Positions 8,129-18,032 are shown, numbered from the stretch's first letter. The stretch: DNA of 64,000 nucleotides from an uncultured Gammaproteobacteria bacterium (GCA_964548885.1 CAZJSQ010000001.1:52782-116781); one strand, 5' to 3'. Numbers and translations are program-made. The notes: a model not told the origin generated them from the letters alone.

Positions 8129-9397
8129 ATGTTTAACCGAATAAAAGACGCGATCAATAGATACATCTTAAAATATACTTTGAAAAAAATCGGCTTGGTT
8201 CTGATTGTCTTGGTTATTTTGGGAGGAATTTTTACCGGCGGCTACTATTTAGGAAAAGGAAAGAACATCCGTCCCGGCAAGCGGATTATCGCTTATTCGG
8301 AAGAGGCCGCTAACGCGGGCGATGAGGAGAACGGCCAAGCGATCGATTTTAATCTTTATTGGGAGGTCTGGGACAACTTAAAGACTAATTATGTCGATAG
8401 GAATATGGTCAAGGACCAGGACTTATTTTACGGTTCTTTAAAAGGTTTGACGGCGGCCGTCGGCGATCCTTATACCGTTTTTATGGACCCCAAGGAATCT
8501 AAACAGTTTTCGGATGATTTAGCCGGAACTTTCGAAGGCATCGGAGCCGAGGTCGGAATGCGTGGTGATATCACGACGATTATCTCGCCTTTGGACGGCA
8601 TGCCGGCCCAAAAGGCCGGAGTGCGAGCCGGCGATAAAGTTTATGCCGTTGACGGCGTTTCCACTTTAGGCTTGACCGTTAATGAAGTGGTCACTAAAAT
8701 CCGCGGCCCGAAAGACACGAAAGTGACCATAACTATCATCAGAGGCAAAGAAAAACCGCGCGATATCACGATTACGCGGTCGGTTATCATCGTCAAAAGT
8801 GTGAAGACGGAAATGCGCGCCGACGGCCTTTTTGTCATCAGAGTCAGTAATTTCAACGACGATACCGAAGATTTATTTAATCTGGCGGTCAATAATATCT
8901 TATTGAAAGAACCAAAAGGGATAATTTTGGATTTACGCAATAATCCGGGCGGTTATTTGGAAACCGCCGTCATGATGGCGAGCGAATGGGTGGAAGCCGG
9001 TCCGATAGTCGCGGAACAGTTTAACGGTAATCGCCGCAACGAATATCCGTCCAACGGCCGCGGCCGCTTGAAAAATATTCCGACTATAGTGCTGGTTAAC
9101 GGCGGCAGCGCTTCCGCTTCCGAAATCCTGGCCGGCGCTTTAAGAGATTATAAAAAGGCGACGATAGTCGGTGAAATGACTTATGGTAAGGGCTCAGTTC
9201 AGAGTTTGAGCGATTTATCGGGCGGCGCGGCTTTAAAGATAACAATCGCGAATTGGCTGACTCCAGCCGGCGATTTTATCAATGAAAAGGGCTTAGCTCC
9301 GAATATTGAGGTTAAATTAACGACCGCGGACGCCGATAAAGGCCTGGACCCGCAATTTGATAAAGCCGTTGAATTATTAAAAGCGAAAAAGAAATAA
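8129..9397 (+). CDS. Carboxyl-terminal processing protease (S41 family, CtpA-like) with a PDZ domain
   Basis: An N-terminal TM anchor, a PDZ segment (GDKVYAVDG), and the S41 catalytic region LVNGGSASASEILAGALRD...GKGS. Confidence 0.85.
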   Translation: MFNRIKDAINRYILKYTLKKIGLVLIVLVILGGIFTGGYYLGKGKNIRPGKRIIAYSEEAANAGDEENGQAIDFNLYWEVWDNLKTNYVDRNMVKDQDLFYGSLKGLTAAVGDPYTVFMDPKESKQFSDDLAGTFEGIGAEVGMRGDITTIISPLDGMPAQKAGVRAGDKVYAVDGVSTLGLTVNEVVTKIRGPKDTKVTITIIRGKEKPRDITITRSVIIVKSVKTEMRADGLFVIRVSNFNDDTEDLFNLAVNNILLKEPKGIILDLRNNPGGYLETAVMMASEWVEAGPIVAEQFNGNRRNEYPSNGRGRLKNIPTIVLVNGGSASASEILAGALRDYKKATIVGEMTYGKGSVQSLSDLSGGAALKITIANWLTPAGDFINEKGLAPNIEVKLTTADADKGLDPQFDKAVELLKAKKK

Positions 9398-9428
9398 AAA
9401 GTTTAAGACTAAGAATAAGACTAAGACT

Positions 9429-11072
9429 ATGACTACCAAATACATTTTTGTTGTCGGCGGAGTAATGTCCGGAGTCGGTAAGGGTGTAACCACGGCCTCA
9501 ATCGGCCAGATTTTACAGGCGCACGGCTATAAAGTGAGCGCTATCAAAATGGATCCTTATATCAACGTGGACGCCGGAACCATGAATCCGATTGAGCACG
9601 GCGAAGTTTTCGTGACCGAAGACGGCGATGAAACCGACCAAGATATCGGCAATTATGAAAGATTTTTGAATACTAATATCTATCAGGAGAATTACATGAC
9701 GACCGGCCGGGTCTATCAAAGCGTGATCGCCCGGGAGCGCAACCTGGAATATAAAGGCAAATGCGTCCAAGTCGTGCCGCATATTCCGCAAGAAATTCGG
9801 GAACGAATCGCGAAAGCGGTCGAGAAAACTAAAGCGGAAATAATGATTATTGAAATCGGCGGGACGGTCGGAGAATATGAAAATTTATTGTTCTTGGAAG
9901 CGGCCAGAGTCATGAAACTGTTTAATCCTAAAGACGTTCTGTTCGTGATGGTGTCTTATCTGCCGATACCCAGCAAGATCGGAGAGATGAAGACCAAACC
10001 GACCCAGCACGCCGTTCGCAATCTTCAAGGCGCCGGCATCCAGCTTGATTTTTTGGTGGCGCGCAGCGAGCGGCCGATTGATATGGTGCGCCGGGAAAAA
10101 TTGTCCATTAATTGTAATGTGCCGATAGAAGCGGTTATCGCCGCTCCGGACGTCGATTCTATTTACGATATCCCGCTTAATTTTGAAAAAAATGATTTAG
10201 GGAAACGGATTTTGGAAAAGTTCGGCCTGCCTCTCCGCCAGCATGATAATACGGCCTGGAAAAAAATGGTCGCCGCTTCTAAAACCAAAAAACCGTTGGT
10301 TAACATCGGCATTGTCGGCAAATATTTCGCGAGCGGTGATTTTTCTCTCGGCGATTCCTATATTTCAGTCATCGAAGCCATCAAGCATGCGGCGGCCGTT
10401 AATCATTGTAAGGTAAAGATAAATTGGCTCGGCGCCGAAGACATTGAAACTAAAGGCGTTAAAGTTTTAGCTGGAATGGACGGCATTATCGTTCCTCAAG
10501 GCTGGGGCGGACGCGGGGCGGAAGGGAAGATTAAGACTATCAAGTATTGTCGCGAAAGGGGCGTGCCTTATTTTGGCTTATGCTACGGCATGCAGATGGC
10601 GGTGATTGAGTTCGCTCGCCAGGTCGCGAAATTGAAAGACGCGAATTCAACTGAAGTCGATCCAAAAACCAAGAATCCGGTTATCCATATCATGCCGGAC
10701 CAGGAAAAATTAATTAAAGAAAAAGGTTACGGCGGAACTATCCGTCTCGGCGGTTGGCCCTGTCGGATAGTGCCGGGAACGCATCTGGCCAAGGCTTACG
10801 CCCGCTATACTAAGGCGAAGACCGTTTCCGAGCGCCATCGCCACCGTTATGAATTCAATAATGATTATCGGAGCCGGTTTGAGCAATTAGGTTTGAAAAT
10901 CGCCGGCACCTCGCCGGACGGAGAAATCGTGGAGGCGGTAGAAATCGCCGGCCATCCTTTCTTTATCGGCGTTCAATTCCATCCGGAATATATTTCCCGT
11001 CCCTTGGCGCCGCATCCTTTATTCGTCGAGTTCGTCAAGGTTTGCAAGAGTATGGGGAAAAGGAAAAAATAA
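9429..11072 (+). CDS. pyrG: CTP synthase
   Basis: YIFVVGGVMSGVGKG...DPYINVDAGTMNP is present, and the glutamine amidotransferase domain carries the GLCYGMQ catalytic Cys. Length is 547 aa. Confidence 0.95.
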   Translation: MTTKYIFVVGGVMSGVGKGVTTASIGQILQAHGYKVSAIKMDPYINVDAGTMNPIEHGEVFVTEDGDETDQDIGNYERFLNTNIYQENYMTTGRVYQSVIARERNLEYKGKCVQVVPHIPQEIRERIAKAVEKTKAEIMIIEIGGTVGEYENLLFLEAARVMKLFNPKDVLFVMVSYLPIPSKIGEMKTKPTQHAVRNLQGAGIQLDFLVARSERPIDMVRREKLSINCNVPIEAVIAAPDVDSIYDIPLNFEKNDLGKRILEKFGLPLRQHDNTAWKKMVAASKTKKPLVNIGIVGKYFASGDFSLGDSYISVIEAIKHAAAVNHCKVKINWLGAEDIETKGVKVLAGMDGIIVPQGWGGRGAEGKIKTIKYCRERGVPYFGLCYGMQMAVIEFARQVAKLKDANSTEVDPKTKNPVIHIMPDQEKLIKEKGYGGTIRLGGWPCRIVPGTHLAKAYARYTKAKTVSERHRHRYEFNNDYRSRFEQLGLKIAGTSPDGEIVEAVEIAGHPFFIGVQFHPEYISRPLAPHPLFVEFVKVCKSMGKRKK

Positions 11073-11100
11073 AAAAGGAGTTAATTATTATTTTAAAAAT

Positions 11101-11976
11101 ATGTCGACTAAAAAACTAGCCACCGCTTTAGGAGTTTTAATAGTTGTGATTATCGGCGTCGGGCTGATCGCGATTAATTTAAGACCGGTCGGCGATAAAA
11201 CCGATTTAACAGACGACCAAGCCGATTTAACGCCAGCGGACAATCTTGCCGGCGATAAGTCTGATTTGATAAAAATAAGCAATCTTATTTCCGGCCAGGT
11301 TATCCAGAGCCCCTTAACTATTGAAGGCGAAGCGCGCGGCTATTGGTTTTTTGAGGCCAGTTTTCCGGTTAAGCTTTATAACGAGAGTGGCCAACTAATC
11401 GGCACCGCCATCGCCCAGGCTAGCGCCGATTGGATGACAAATAATTTCGTGCCTTTTAAAGCGGAATTAAATTTCAATAATTCAACGAGCACCATCGGGA
11501 CGCTGGTTTTAGAAAAAGATAATCCTTCCGGTTTATCGGAAAATTCTGATGAGTTACGCTTGCCGGTGAAATTTTTGGCTGGTTCGGAAAAGATAAAGGT
11601 CAAAGTTTTCTTCAATAATAATAAATTAGACCCGGAAATAACCTGCCTTCGGGTCTTCCCGGTGGAACGAGAAATAGTTAAAACTTTATCCGTCGCTCGG
11701 GCCGCCCTAACCGAACTTCTGGCGGGGACGACACCGGCCGAAGACGCGGACGGCTTTACTACCAGCCTTAATCCCAACGTTAAGATTCAAAGCTTGACTA
11801 TTGAGGATGGGGTGGCGAAAGTTGATTTTAATGAACAGTTAGAAGCGGGCGTCGGCGGTTCTTGCCGGGTGGCGGCGATTAGCGCCCAAATAAGGGAGAC
11901 TCTTAAGCAGTTTTTAAGCGTAAAAAATGTCATCATTTCCATTAACGGGCGCATTGAAGATATTCTCCAGCCCTAA
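11101..11976 (+). CDS. GerMN-domain protein with an N-terminal TM anchor and an Ig-like (Gmad2-type) domain
   Basis: The C-terminal FPVEREI...AALTELLAG...GVAKVDFNEQL...VIISING matches the GerMN fold. A signal anchor is present. Confidence 0.65.
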   Translation: MSTKKLATALGVLIVVIIGVGLIAINLRPVGDKTDLTDDQADLTPADNLAGDKSDLIKISNLISGQVIQSPLTIEGEARGYWFFEASFPVKLYNESGQLIGTAIAQASADWMTNNFVPFKAELNFNNSTSTIGTLVLEKDNPSGLSENSDELRLPVKFLAGSEKIKVKVFFNNNKLDPEITCLRVFPVEREIVKTLSVARAALTELLAGTTPAEDADGFTTSLNPNVKIQSLTIEDGVAKVDFNEQLEAGVGGSCRVAAISAQIRETLKQFLSVKNVIISINGRIEDILQP

Positions 11977-12013
11977 AGATCAAAAATTCGGAGATAAAGA
12001 GAAACTCTCTTAA

Positions 12014-12045
12014 AAGCTTAAACATCCTTCGTTTAAGCTTTTTTA
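12014..12045 (+). terminator. Rho-independent terminator
   Basis: Perfect 10-bp inverted repeat AAGCTTAAAC / GTTTAAGCTT with a 7-nt loop, followed by TTTTT. Confidence 0.7.
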
Positions 12046-12143
12046 GCGGTAACGTGCTACACTGTAAGGGTAGGGGTTATAGAAACGATTAAAAGAGGCC
12101 ATAAGGGTGTTGCCTTTACTTAACGAAGGTATTGACAAAGATA

Positions 12144-12173
12144 TTGACAAAGATATAGCATACGTGCTATATT
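12144..12173 (+). promoter_or_regulatory. Sigma70-like promoter (TTGACA, 18-nt spacer, TATATT) with a tandem TTGACAAAGATA direct repeat
   Basis: TTGACAAAGATA occurs twice in tandem (12132-12155) with a downstream TATATT. A ~135-nt leader containing a GGATTATC...GATAATCC hairpin precedes the GT2 gene. Confidence 0.4.
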
Positions 12174-12310
12174 TTTGGTTATCCGGCACTTTAACATTTA
12201 TGTTTTTGATTAGTATTTATTGGATTATCCTAGCTTCTTTACGGGGGTTGAGATAATCCAATAAAGGATTAATCATTAACTAAAACTAAAACTAAAAAGG
12301 GAGTAATAAG

Positions 12311-13024
12311 ATGTATAATTCAAAAAAAATTATCGTTGTCTTACCGGCTTATAACGCGGTTAAGACTTTAGAAAAAACGGTTCATGATTTACCGTCGCTT
12401 GTTGACGAAATAATTTTGGTTGACGATAAGAGTAGCGACGCCACGGCGGCGCTCGCGCGTGATTTAGGCTTATTCGTCTTTAGTCACGAAAAAAACGGCG
12501 GCTATGGCGCCAATCAGAAAACTTGTTATCGCTTGGCCTTGGAACATGGGGCGGATATTATCGTAATGATCCATCCCGATTATCAATATGATCCGAAACT
12601 GGTGAAATATTTCGCCGAATTTATCGGTGATGATTGTTTCGACGTCATGCTCGGCACGCGCATCCGCTCGCGTCGGGAAACGGCGGCCGGCGGCATGCCC
12701 GGTTATAAGTATGTGGCCAATCGCGCTTTAACCATTTTTGAGAATCTCATCAGCGGCTATAATTTGTCCGAATGGCATACCGGCATGCGCGCTTATAAGC
12801 GGGAAGTTTTGGAAAAAATTGATTGGCAGAGCAATTCCGACGATTTCGTCTTTGATAGCCAAGTTTTATTTCAAATCGTCGCCCGGCGCTATCGGATCGG
12901 AGAAATTCCGGTGCCAGTCCGTTATTTTAAAGAAGCTTCGTCCATTAATTTTTGGCGGAGCCTTAAATATGGCTTGGGCACGGTCTGGACCGGCTTAAAA
13001 TATTTAGCCGGACAAATGAAATAA
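12311..13024 (+). CDS. Family 2 glycosyltransferase (dolichol-phosphate mannosyltransferase-like)
   Basis: IIVVLPAYNAVKTLEKTV...ILVDDKSSD carries the GT2 DxD-type motifs. Length is 237 aa. Confidence 0.85.
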   Translation: MYNSKKIIVVLPAYNAVKTLEKTVHDLPSLVDEIILVDDKSSDATAALARDLGLFVFSHEKNGGYGANQKTCYRLALEHGADIIVMIHPDYQYDPKLVKYFAEFIGDDCFDVMLGTRIRSRRETAAGGMPGYKYVANRALTIFENLISGYNLSEWHTGMRAYKREVLEKIDWQSNSDDFVFDSQVLFQIVARRYRIGEIPVPVRYFKEASSINFWRSLKYGLGTVWTGLKYLAGQMK

Positions 13025-13158
13025 TTTAACCGCTAGCCGTCATTTTGAGGTAACTTAATCATAGTTACCTCTTTTTTATTTTTTACTGGCGCCGGGCGTT
13101 AAAACGTGTTAAGATGATAATAGACAACAATGAGATTAGAAATTAATTTTGACTATTT

Positions 13159-13314
13159 ATGGAAAAAGCTTTAAATGATTTTGTCTCTCATGACCGGAAA
13201 ATTTTTAAATGGAAAATAGGCAAAGTGCTGGCCTCGTCCTTGTCCGGATTCATCGCCGGGATTATCGTCAGCGCTATTTTCTTCTCAACCGTCTTTGACC
13301 TGACTTTAAAATAA
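13159..13314 (+). CDS. Small hypothetical membrane protein (51 aa), not in the ORF track
   Basis: ATG at 13159 to TAA at 13312-13314. The protein MEKALNDFVSHDRKIFKWKIGKVLASSLSGFIAGIIVSAIFFSTVFDLTLK has one predicted TM helix. It lies in an otherwise empty 380-nt gap. Confidence 0.3.
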   Translation: MEKALNDFVSHDRKIFKWKIGKVLASSLSGFIAGIIVSAIFFSTVFDLTLK

Positions 13315-13402
13315 AAAAACATCGGTTTTTAACGGCGAAAAGCTAAAGGTCGACGTTTTTAGAAAACCCGAACTTTATAATATGAGCGCGTGATAAAACA
13401 AT

Positions 13403-13909
13403 ATGAAAAAATATCTTATTATAACTGTTTTAGTTTTACCGATATTATTTTTATCGGCCTGCGGTCTGAATAAAGAGGCTAATAATACCGGCTCAAAAAA
13501 CCTCATTCCTGATGAGGCGCTGGTACCGATAGCTGACGAAACGCCGGCTCCGGCGTCGGCGCCGGCCTCGGCTCCGGCCCCGGTCCCGACCCCAGCGCCG
13601 GCAGTCGATAGAACGGCGATGGTTGATTGCGGCAGCGGCGAAGACCCTTTTTGTTTCTTAAACAGGATGAATGAATGTTTGCCGGTAACCATTGAAATGA
13701 CGGGCGGCGACAAAACGACCAAAATCGCCATGACGATTCTGGGGATAGAAGACGGAAAATGTCATTTTCAAAGAAAGATAAACGACGTCATGAATCTTAA
13801 TTGTTTCTTCCCCAAAGGAACCATGAATCAGAATACCCTCGACCAGACTTTCGGAAACGATAGGGGCCTGCAAAAAGTGGTCGATGACGCCTGTAATTCG
13901 GGCTGGTAA
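13403..13909 (+). CDS. Lipoprotein with a Pro/Ala-rich linker and a Cys-rich C-terminal domain (hypothetical)
   Basis: Signal peptide with a lipobox (LSAC), an (APAS)n low-complexity linker, and 8 Cys in the mature part. Confidence 0.6.
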   Translation: MKKYLIITVLVLPILFLSACGLNKEANNTGSKNLIPDEALVPIADETPAPASAPASAPAPVPTPAPAVDRTAMVDCGSGEDPFCFLNRMNECLPVTIEMTGGDKTTKIAMTILGIEDGKCHFQRKINDVMNLNCFFPKGTMNQNTLDQTFGNDRGLQKVVDDACNSGW

Positions 13910-14153
13910 TCGGCCGGAAGGAGCGACGAGAATCGAAATCAATCCAAAAAATAAAATATTTATAATTTAAGAGCCTTTAACCGGGCCCTTTTATTTATTC
14001 TTTAGAAAAAATTTATATTTTCTTTATTTATTTGACTAAACTTAGTAGAAGTGGTTCAATATTAGGATAAAAACAAAAATATGAAAAATAATAAGATATT
14101 AAACAATCAGATTGTAAGGATTTCTTACAAATTCAAAATGTAAAATAGGAAAT

Positions 14154-16079
14154 ATGGACAATAAAATCATCTCTAAAAAAACAATCAGCTTATCCCTTCT
14201 CGTCGGCGCCCTCGGAGTTGTTTTCGGCGATATCGGCACGTCGCCGCTCTATGCTTTGAAAGTAACCTTCTTCGGACTTCATCCCTTGGCCCGCAATCCG
14301 GAGAACGTCCTCGGCGTCCTTTCCTTGGTTTTCTGGGCGCTGATGATTATCGTGACTATAAAATATATCTTGTTGATTATGCGGGCCGACAATAAAGGCG
14401 AGGGCGGAATCTTCGCTTTGCTCGCTTTGTTGCGGCAAGGGAGAGTCCGCCGGATTTTCGGTCTAAGCGTCACAGCCGTGGTTTTAGTGGGCGCGACTCT
14501 GCTTTTCGGCGACGGCGTCATCACTCCGGCCATCTCGGTCTTATCGGCGGTTGAAGGGTTTGAAATATTATCGTCGAACTTGGCGTCCTACGTGGTCCCT
14601 CTGACTATTCTTATTCTCATCGGCTTATTTTATATCCAAAAGAAGGGAACCGGGCGAGTCGGCCGGCTCTTCGGTCCGGTTATGGTTATCTGGTTTATCG
14701 CCCTTATCGTCTTGGGCTTGCCGGCGATCATTAAATATCCGCAAGTCTTAGCCGCTATCAACCCCCTGGCCGCTTATCGCTTCGTCTGCACTCACGCCTG
14801 GTCGACTTTTTTTGTTTTGAGTTCAGTCGCTTTGTGTATTACCGGCTGTGAGGCGCTTTATGCCGATATGGGTCATTTTAACCGCCGCGTCATCACCTCG
14901 GCCTGGGCGGGTTTGGTTTATCCGGCTCTTATAATTAATTATTTCGGTCAGGGCGCCCTATTATTATCCGGGCAAGAGATTGTCGGCGGCAATACTTTTT
15001 ACGCCTTAGCGCCGCAATGGGCTTTCTTGGGCGTCGTTATTTTAGCGACCGTGGCCACGATAATCGCCAGCCAAGCGCTTATCTCCGGCGTTTATTCTTT
15101 GACCAGCCAGGCCATCGCCCTGGGCTTGTTCCCGAAAATAAAAATCGTCCACACCAATCCGGCTATCGGCGGCCAGATTTATATCCCTTTTATAAATAGC
15201 GTCCTGGCGGTGAGCTGTATCGCCCTCGTCCTCGCTTTCCGCACTTCCGGCGGCTTGGCGGCGGCTTACGGCTTGGCCGTTACCGGCACGATGGTTATCA
15301 CGACTTTAGTGTTCTATGCTTTGATTCGTTATCTTTGGAAATGGCCTTTATGGATAGTTACGCCGCTCATTTCTTTCTTACTGATTATAGATTTAGCTTT
15401 CTTTTCCGGCACGCTCTTAAAATTCTGGCAGGGCGGTTTTGTGCCGGTTATAATCGCCATCGCGCTATTTATCATTATGTCCACCTGGGATTGGGGTCGA
15501 ACCCTGTCTCATATCGCTCATCTCAAACTGCCCGGCCTTTCCGTCGGAAAATTCATTGAACTGCAAGCGGAACATAAAGATAAATTGTTAAACCGTTCGG
15601 TCGTCGTTATGTCTTCACGGCCGATAACTAACCGTCATGACCGTATTCCGGCGGCCATGGATTCTTTTCTGTCCAAATGGGGTTTGTACATTCCGAAACA
15701 TATAATCTTCATGAATATCGTTTTCCTTAACAGTCCGCGGGCAAATAGAGGCAGTCGCTATCGGATTATTAATTTCCAATCCGCCGCCGCCGGCAGCAGT
15801 ATGGTTTCCGTCCAAGCTTTTTATGGGTATATGCAGACGCCGGATATTAGACACGTCTTAACGGATTTAAAAGAAAAGGGGCTGATAAAGATTCCGAGCG
15901 ACCCTAAAAAATGGTTGGTCCTTATCGCCAGGGATAATTTTATAACCAGGCCGCGCAATATCTTGCGCCGGTGGCGAATTGTCCTTCTGGATGCCATGTT
16001 GCGCTATACTAAGCCGATTACCAGCTATTACGGCCTGGGGGCTGATAATAAGGTTGATATTGAGATTATAAATATCTAA
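14154..16079 (+). CDS. kup: KUP/HAK/KT potassium uptake transporter
   Basis: GDIGTSPLYAL near the N-terminus, 12 TM helices plus a C-terminal cytoplasmic domain. Length is 641 aa. Confidence 0.9.
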   Translation: MDNKIISKKTISLSLLVGALGVVFGDIGTSPLYALKVTFFGLHPLARNPENVLGVLSLVFWALMIIVTIKYILLIMRADNKGEGGIFALLALLRQGRVRRIFGLSVTAVVLVGATLLFGDGVITPAISVLSAVEGFEILSSNLASYVVPLTILILIGLFYIQKKGTGRVGRLFGPVMVIWFIALIVLGLPAIIKYPQVLAAINPLAAYRFVCTHAWSTFFVLSSVALCITGCEALYADMGHFNRRVITSAWAGLVYPALIINYFGQGALLLSGQEIVGGNTFYALAPQWAFLGVVILATVATIIASQALISGVYSLTSQAIALGLFPKIKIVHTNPAIGGQIYIPFINSVLAVSCIALVLAFRTSGGLAAAYGLAVTGTMVITTLVFYALIRYLWKWPLWIVTPLISFLLIIDLAFFSGTLLKFWQGGFVPVIIAIALFIIMSTWDWGRTLSHIAHLKLPGLSVGKFIELQAEHKDKLLNRSVVVMSSRPITNRHDRIPAAMDSFLSKWGLYIPKHIIFMNIVFLNSPRANRGSRYRIINFQSAAAGSSMVSVQAFYGYMQTPDIRHVLTDLKEKGLIKIPSDPKKWLVLIARDNFITRPRNILRRWRIVLLDAMLRYTKPITSYYGLGADNKVDIEIINI

Positions 16080-16100
16080 TGAGCGTTTCAGCCGAAACCC

Positions 16101-16129
16101 TTGACTTATTAATTTTTACGTGGTACAGT
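16101..16129 (+). promoter_or_regulatory. Sigma70-like promoter (TTGACT, 17-nt spacer, TACAGT) for the csp gene, with a ~90-nt 5' UTR
   Basis: Good -35/-10 spacing. Long 5' UTRs are typical of cold-shock genes. Confidence 0.45.
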
Positions 16130-16219
16130 GTTTAAGCAACAATAAGTGTGTCAAAAAAGTAGTCGATTTTTAAACTCTTTATTAAATTGCAATCTTACAA
16201 ACTAAGTCTAAAATTTTTT

Positions 16220-16417
16220 ATGACTGGCACTATCAAAACTTTAACCGATAAAGGTTTCGGTTTCATTAAGGTAGAAGGTCAAGAAAAAGATTTATTCTTT
16301 CACAGCAACTCATTGGTTGGTGTCCAATACAATGAATTGCGCGAGGGCGACGCTGTTTCTTTTGAAACAGAGAACTCTCCGAAAGGAATGAACGCGGTTA
16401 ATGTTAAACGCGCTTAA
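16220..16417 (+). CDS. cspA: Cold-shock protein (CspA family)
   Basis: MTGTIKTLTDKGFGFIKVEG...DLFFH contains RNP1/RNP2-like motifs. The true start is probably the internal Met at 16220 rather than the ORF-track start at 16187. Confidence 0.85.
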   Translation: MTGTIKTLTDKGFGFIKVEGQEKDLFFHSNSLVGVQYNELREGDAVSFETENSPKGMNAVNVKRA

Positions 16418-16518
16418 TATCTCTCTTGAAATCAAGGTCCCGCCTAAGTAAAACTGGGCGGGATTTTGTTTGGGGCCCGGAGAGAATCAGAAAAAAACGG
16501 GCCGCTTATTTTTTCATT

Positions 16519-17946
16519 ATGACAGACAACACTAAACTTAATCACTCAACAAACAAGCTTAATCACTTAGCGGATGAAGCGGCTCAAGCCGCGTCGCCGG
16601 GATTTTCTGATTTAGGCGTCAGCGCTTCAATTCTGGAAATCCTCAAAAAACTTAATTTAAACACGCCGACGCCCATTCAGCGAAAAACCATCCCGATCGC
16701 TATCGCCGGTCAGGATTTGATCGGCATAGCGCAGACCGGAACCGGAAAGACTTACGCTTTCGGCATCCCGATGCTCCAGCGCCTCGGCGCCAGTAAAGGG
16801 CAGGGTCTGGTTATCGCGCCGACGCGCGAACTAGCTCTGCAAATTGAAGAAAGCTTGAAAAAATTAGGTCAGGCTTTAGGGCTCCGGACCGCTATTTTAA
16901 TTGGCGGCGAAGCTCTGGATCGTCAGCTTTTTCAGCTGCGCAAGAAACCGCATATTATCATCGCGACTCCGGGACGGTTGATTGATCATCTCAAGCGCCG
17001 GACTTTCAAGTTGGACGAGATCAAGACTCTGGTTCTTGATGAGGCGGATATGATGCTGGATTTAGGTTTTGCGCCGCAGATTCGGGAGATTTTAAAACAA
17101 GCGCCCGAGGAGCGCCAGACCCTGCTGTTTTCGGCGACTATGCCCGCGGCAATCGTTCGGATAGCGGCTAATTATATGAAACTTCCGGTCAGCATTGAAG
17201 TGGCGCCGTCGGGAACGACCGTCGCTCAAGTCGATCAGGAAATATTTATAATCAACGGCGACGAGCGTTTTGAACATTTGCAAAAAGTTCTCGCTCAATA
17301 TACCGGTTCGGTCCTGGTTTTTCTTCGGACCAAGCACACTGTTAAAGCCTTGGCCCGCAAGTTGCAATTGCTGGGTCATAAGGCCATAGAAATCCATTCT
17401 AATTTATCTTTGAATCGCCGCCGCGCCGCCTTAAATGATTTTAAATCCAAAAAAGAACGTATTTTAGTGGCGACTGACGTCGCCGCTCGCGGTTTGGATG
17501 TTCATGGCATAGAATTGGTAGTTAATTACAATCTGCCTGATAATTCTGAAGATTATGTTCATCGCATCGGGCGAACCGGACGGGCCGGACAAACCGGGAA
17601 GGCGATTACTTTCGCGACCGCCGACGAACAGAGAGAAATTCGCGATATTGAAAAATTGATCAATAAGAATATCAAACGGACGGAATTCGTGAAATTCAAT
17701 AAAGATTTTTCTTCGGCCGGCGCCGGCGAGCGGAAGAAAAAAATATTTAGGAGCAGTTCTCGGTATCACGCCGGAAAAAACTTTCAGCATGATACGCCCA
17801 GTACGCGTAGCATATCTAGTATGCGTAGCGAAGCTTCGCCTCATACGGCTGATAGACGCGGGCTGTCGCCTCTGCATCTGGCCAGTAGGCGTAAACAATC
17901 GTCTCCGCGGCGATTTTCGTACCACGGTCAGCGTCCGACTAAATAA
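16519..17946 (+). CDS. DEAD-box ATP-dependent RNA helicase with a basic Arg/Ser-rich C-terminal tail
   Basis: Q-motif TPTPIQ, Walker A AQTGTGKT, DEAD (VLDEAD), SAT, ARGLD and HRIGRTGR are all present. The start was chosen at MTDNTKL (16519); the ORF-track extension from 16426 is unlikely. Confidence 0.9.
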   Translation: MTDNTKLNHSTNKLNHLADEAAQAASPGFSDLGVSASILEILKKLNLNTPTPIQRKTIPIAIAGQDLIGIAQTGTGKTYAFGIPMLQRLGASKGQGLVIAPTRELALQIEESLKKLGQALGLRTAILIGGEALDRQLFQLRKKPHIIIATPGRLIDHLKRRTFKLDEIKTLVLDEADMMLDLGFAPQIREILKQAPEERQTLLFSATMPAAIVRIAANYMKLPVSIEVAPSGTTVAQVDQEIFIINGDERFEHLQKVLAQYTGSVLVFLRTKHTVKALARKLQLLGHKAIEIHSNLSLNRRRAALNDFKSKKERILVATDVAARGLDVHGIELVVNYNLPDNSEDYVHRIGRTGRAGQTGKAITFATADEQREIRDIEKLINKNIKRTEFVKFNKDFSSAGAGERKKKIFRSSSRYHAGKNFQHDTPSTRSISSMRSEASPHTADRRGLSPLHLASRRKQSSPRRFSYHGQRPTK

Positions 17947-17981
17947 TCTTTTCGACGTCATATTTCACTTAAAAGAAATAA

Positions 17982-18010
17982 AAAAGGGGCTGTTTTTGCA
18001 GTCCCTTTTG
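17982..18010. terminator. Bidirectional intrinsic terminator between the convergent helicase and purC genes
   Basis: AAAAGGGGCTG-TTTTT-GCAGTCCCTTTT: a GC-rich stem flanked by an A-run and a T-run. Confidence 0.6.
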
Positions 18011-18032
18011 CTTCGTATCTCCCTGAAATGAG

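Noticed and set aside
9398-9428. Short AAGACTAAG repeats between the S41 protease gene and pyrG
   Set aside because: A 30-nt stretch of trivial low-complexity repetition in an intergenic spacer, too short to interpret.
12738-12998. 86-aa + strand ORF in an alternate frame within the GT2 gene
   Set aside because: It overlaps a confidently assigned CDS in another frame and has no independent signal.
13910-14153. Possible c-di-AMP (ydaO/kimA-type) riboswitch upstream of kup
   Set aside because: c-di-AMP riboswitches frequently control K+ transporters, but I could not find the conserved ydaO motifs in this AT-rich gap. It contains only simple AT-rich sequence.
16187-16219. N-terminal extensions of the csp gene (16187) and of the DEAD-box helicase gene (16426-16518)
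   Set aside because: The extensions lack homology to the respective families. Conserved family N-termini begin at the internal Met residues (MTGTIK for Csp; MTDNTK, just before the Q-motif, for the helicase).
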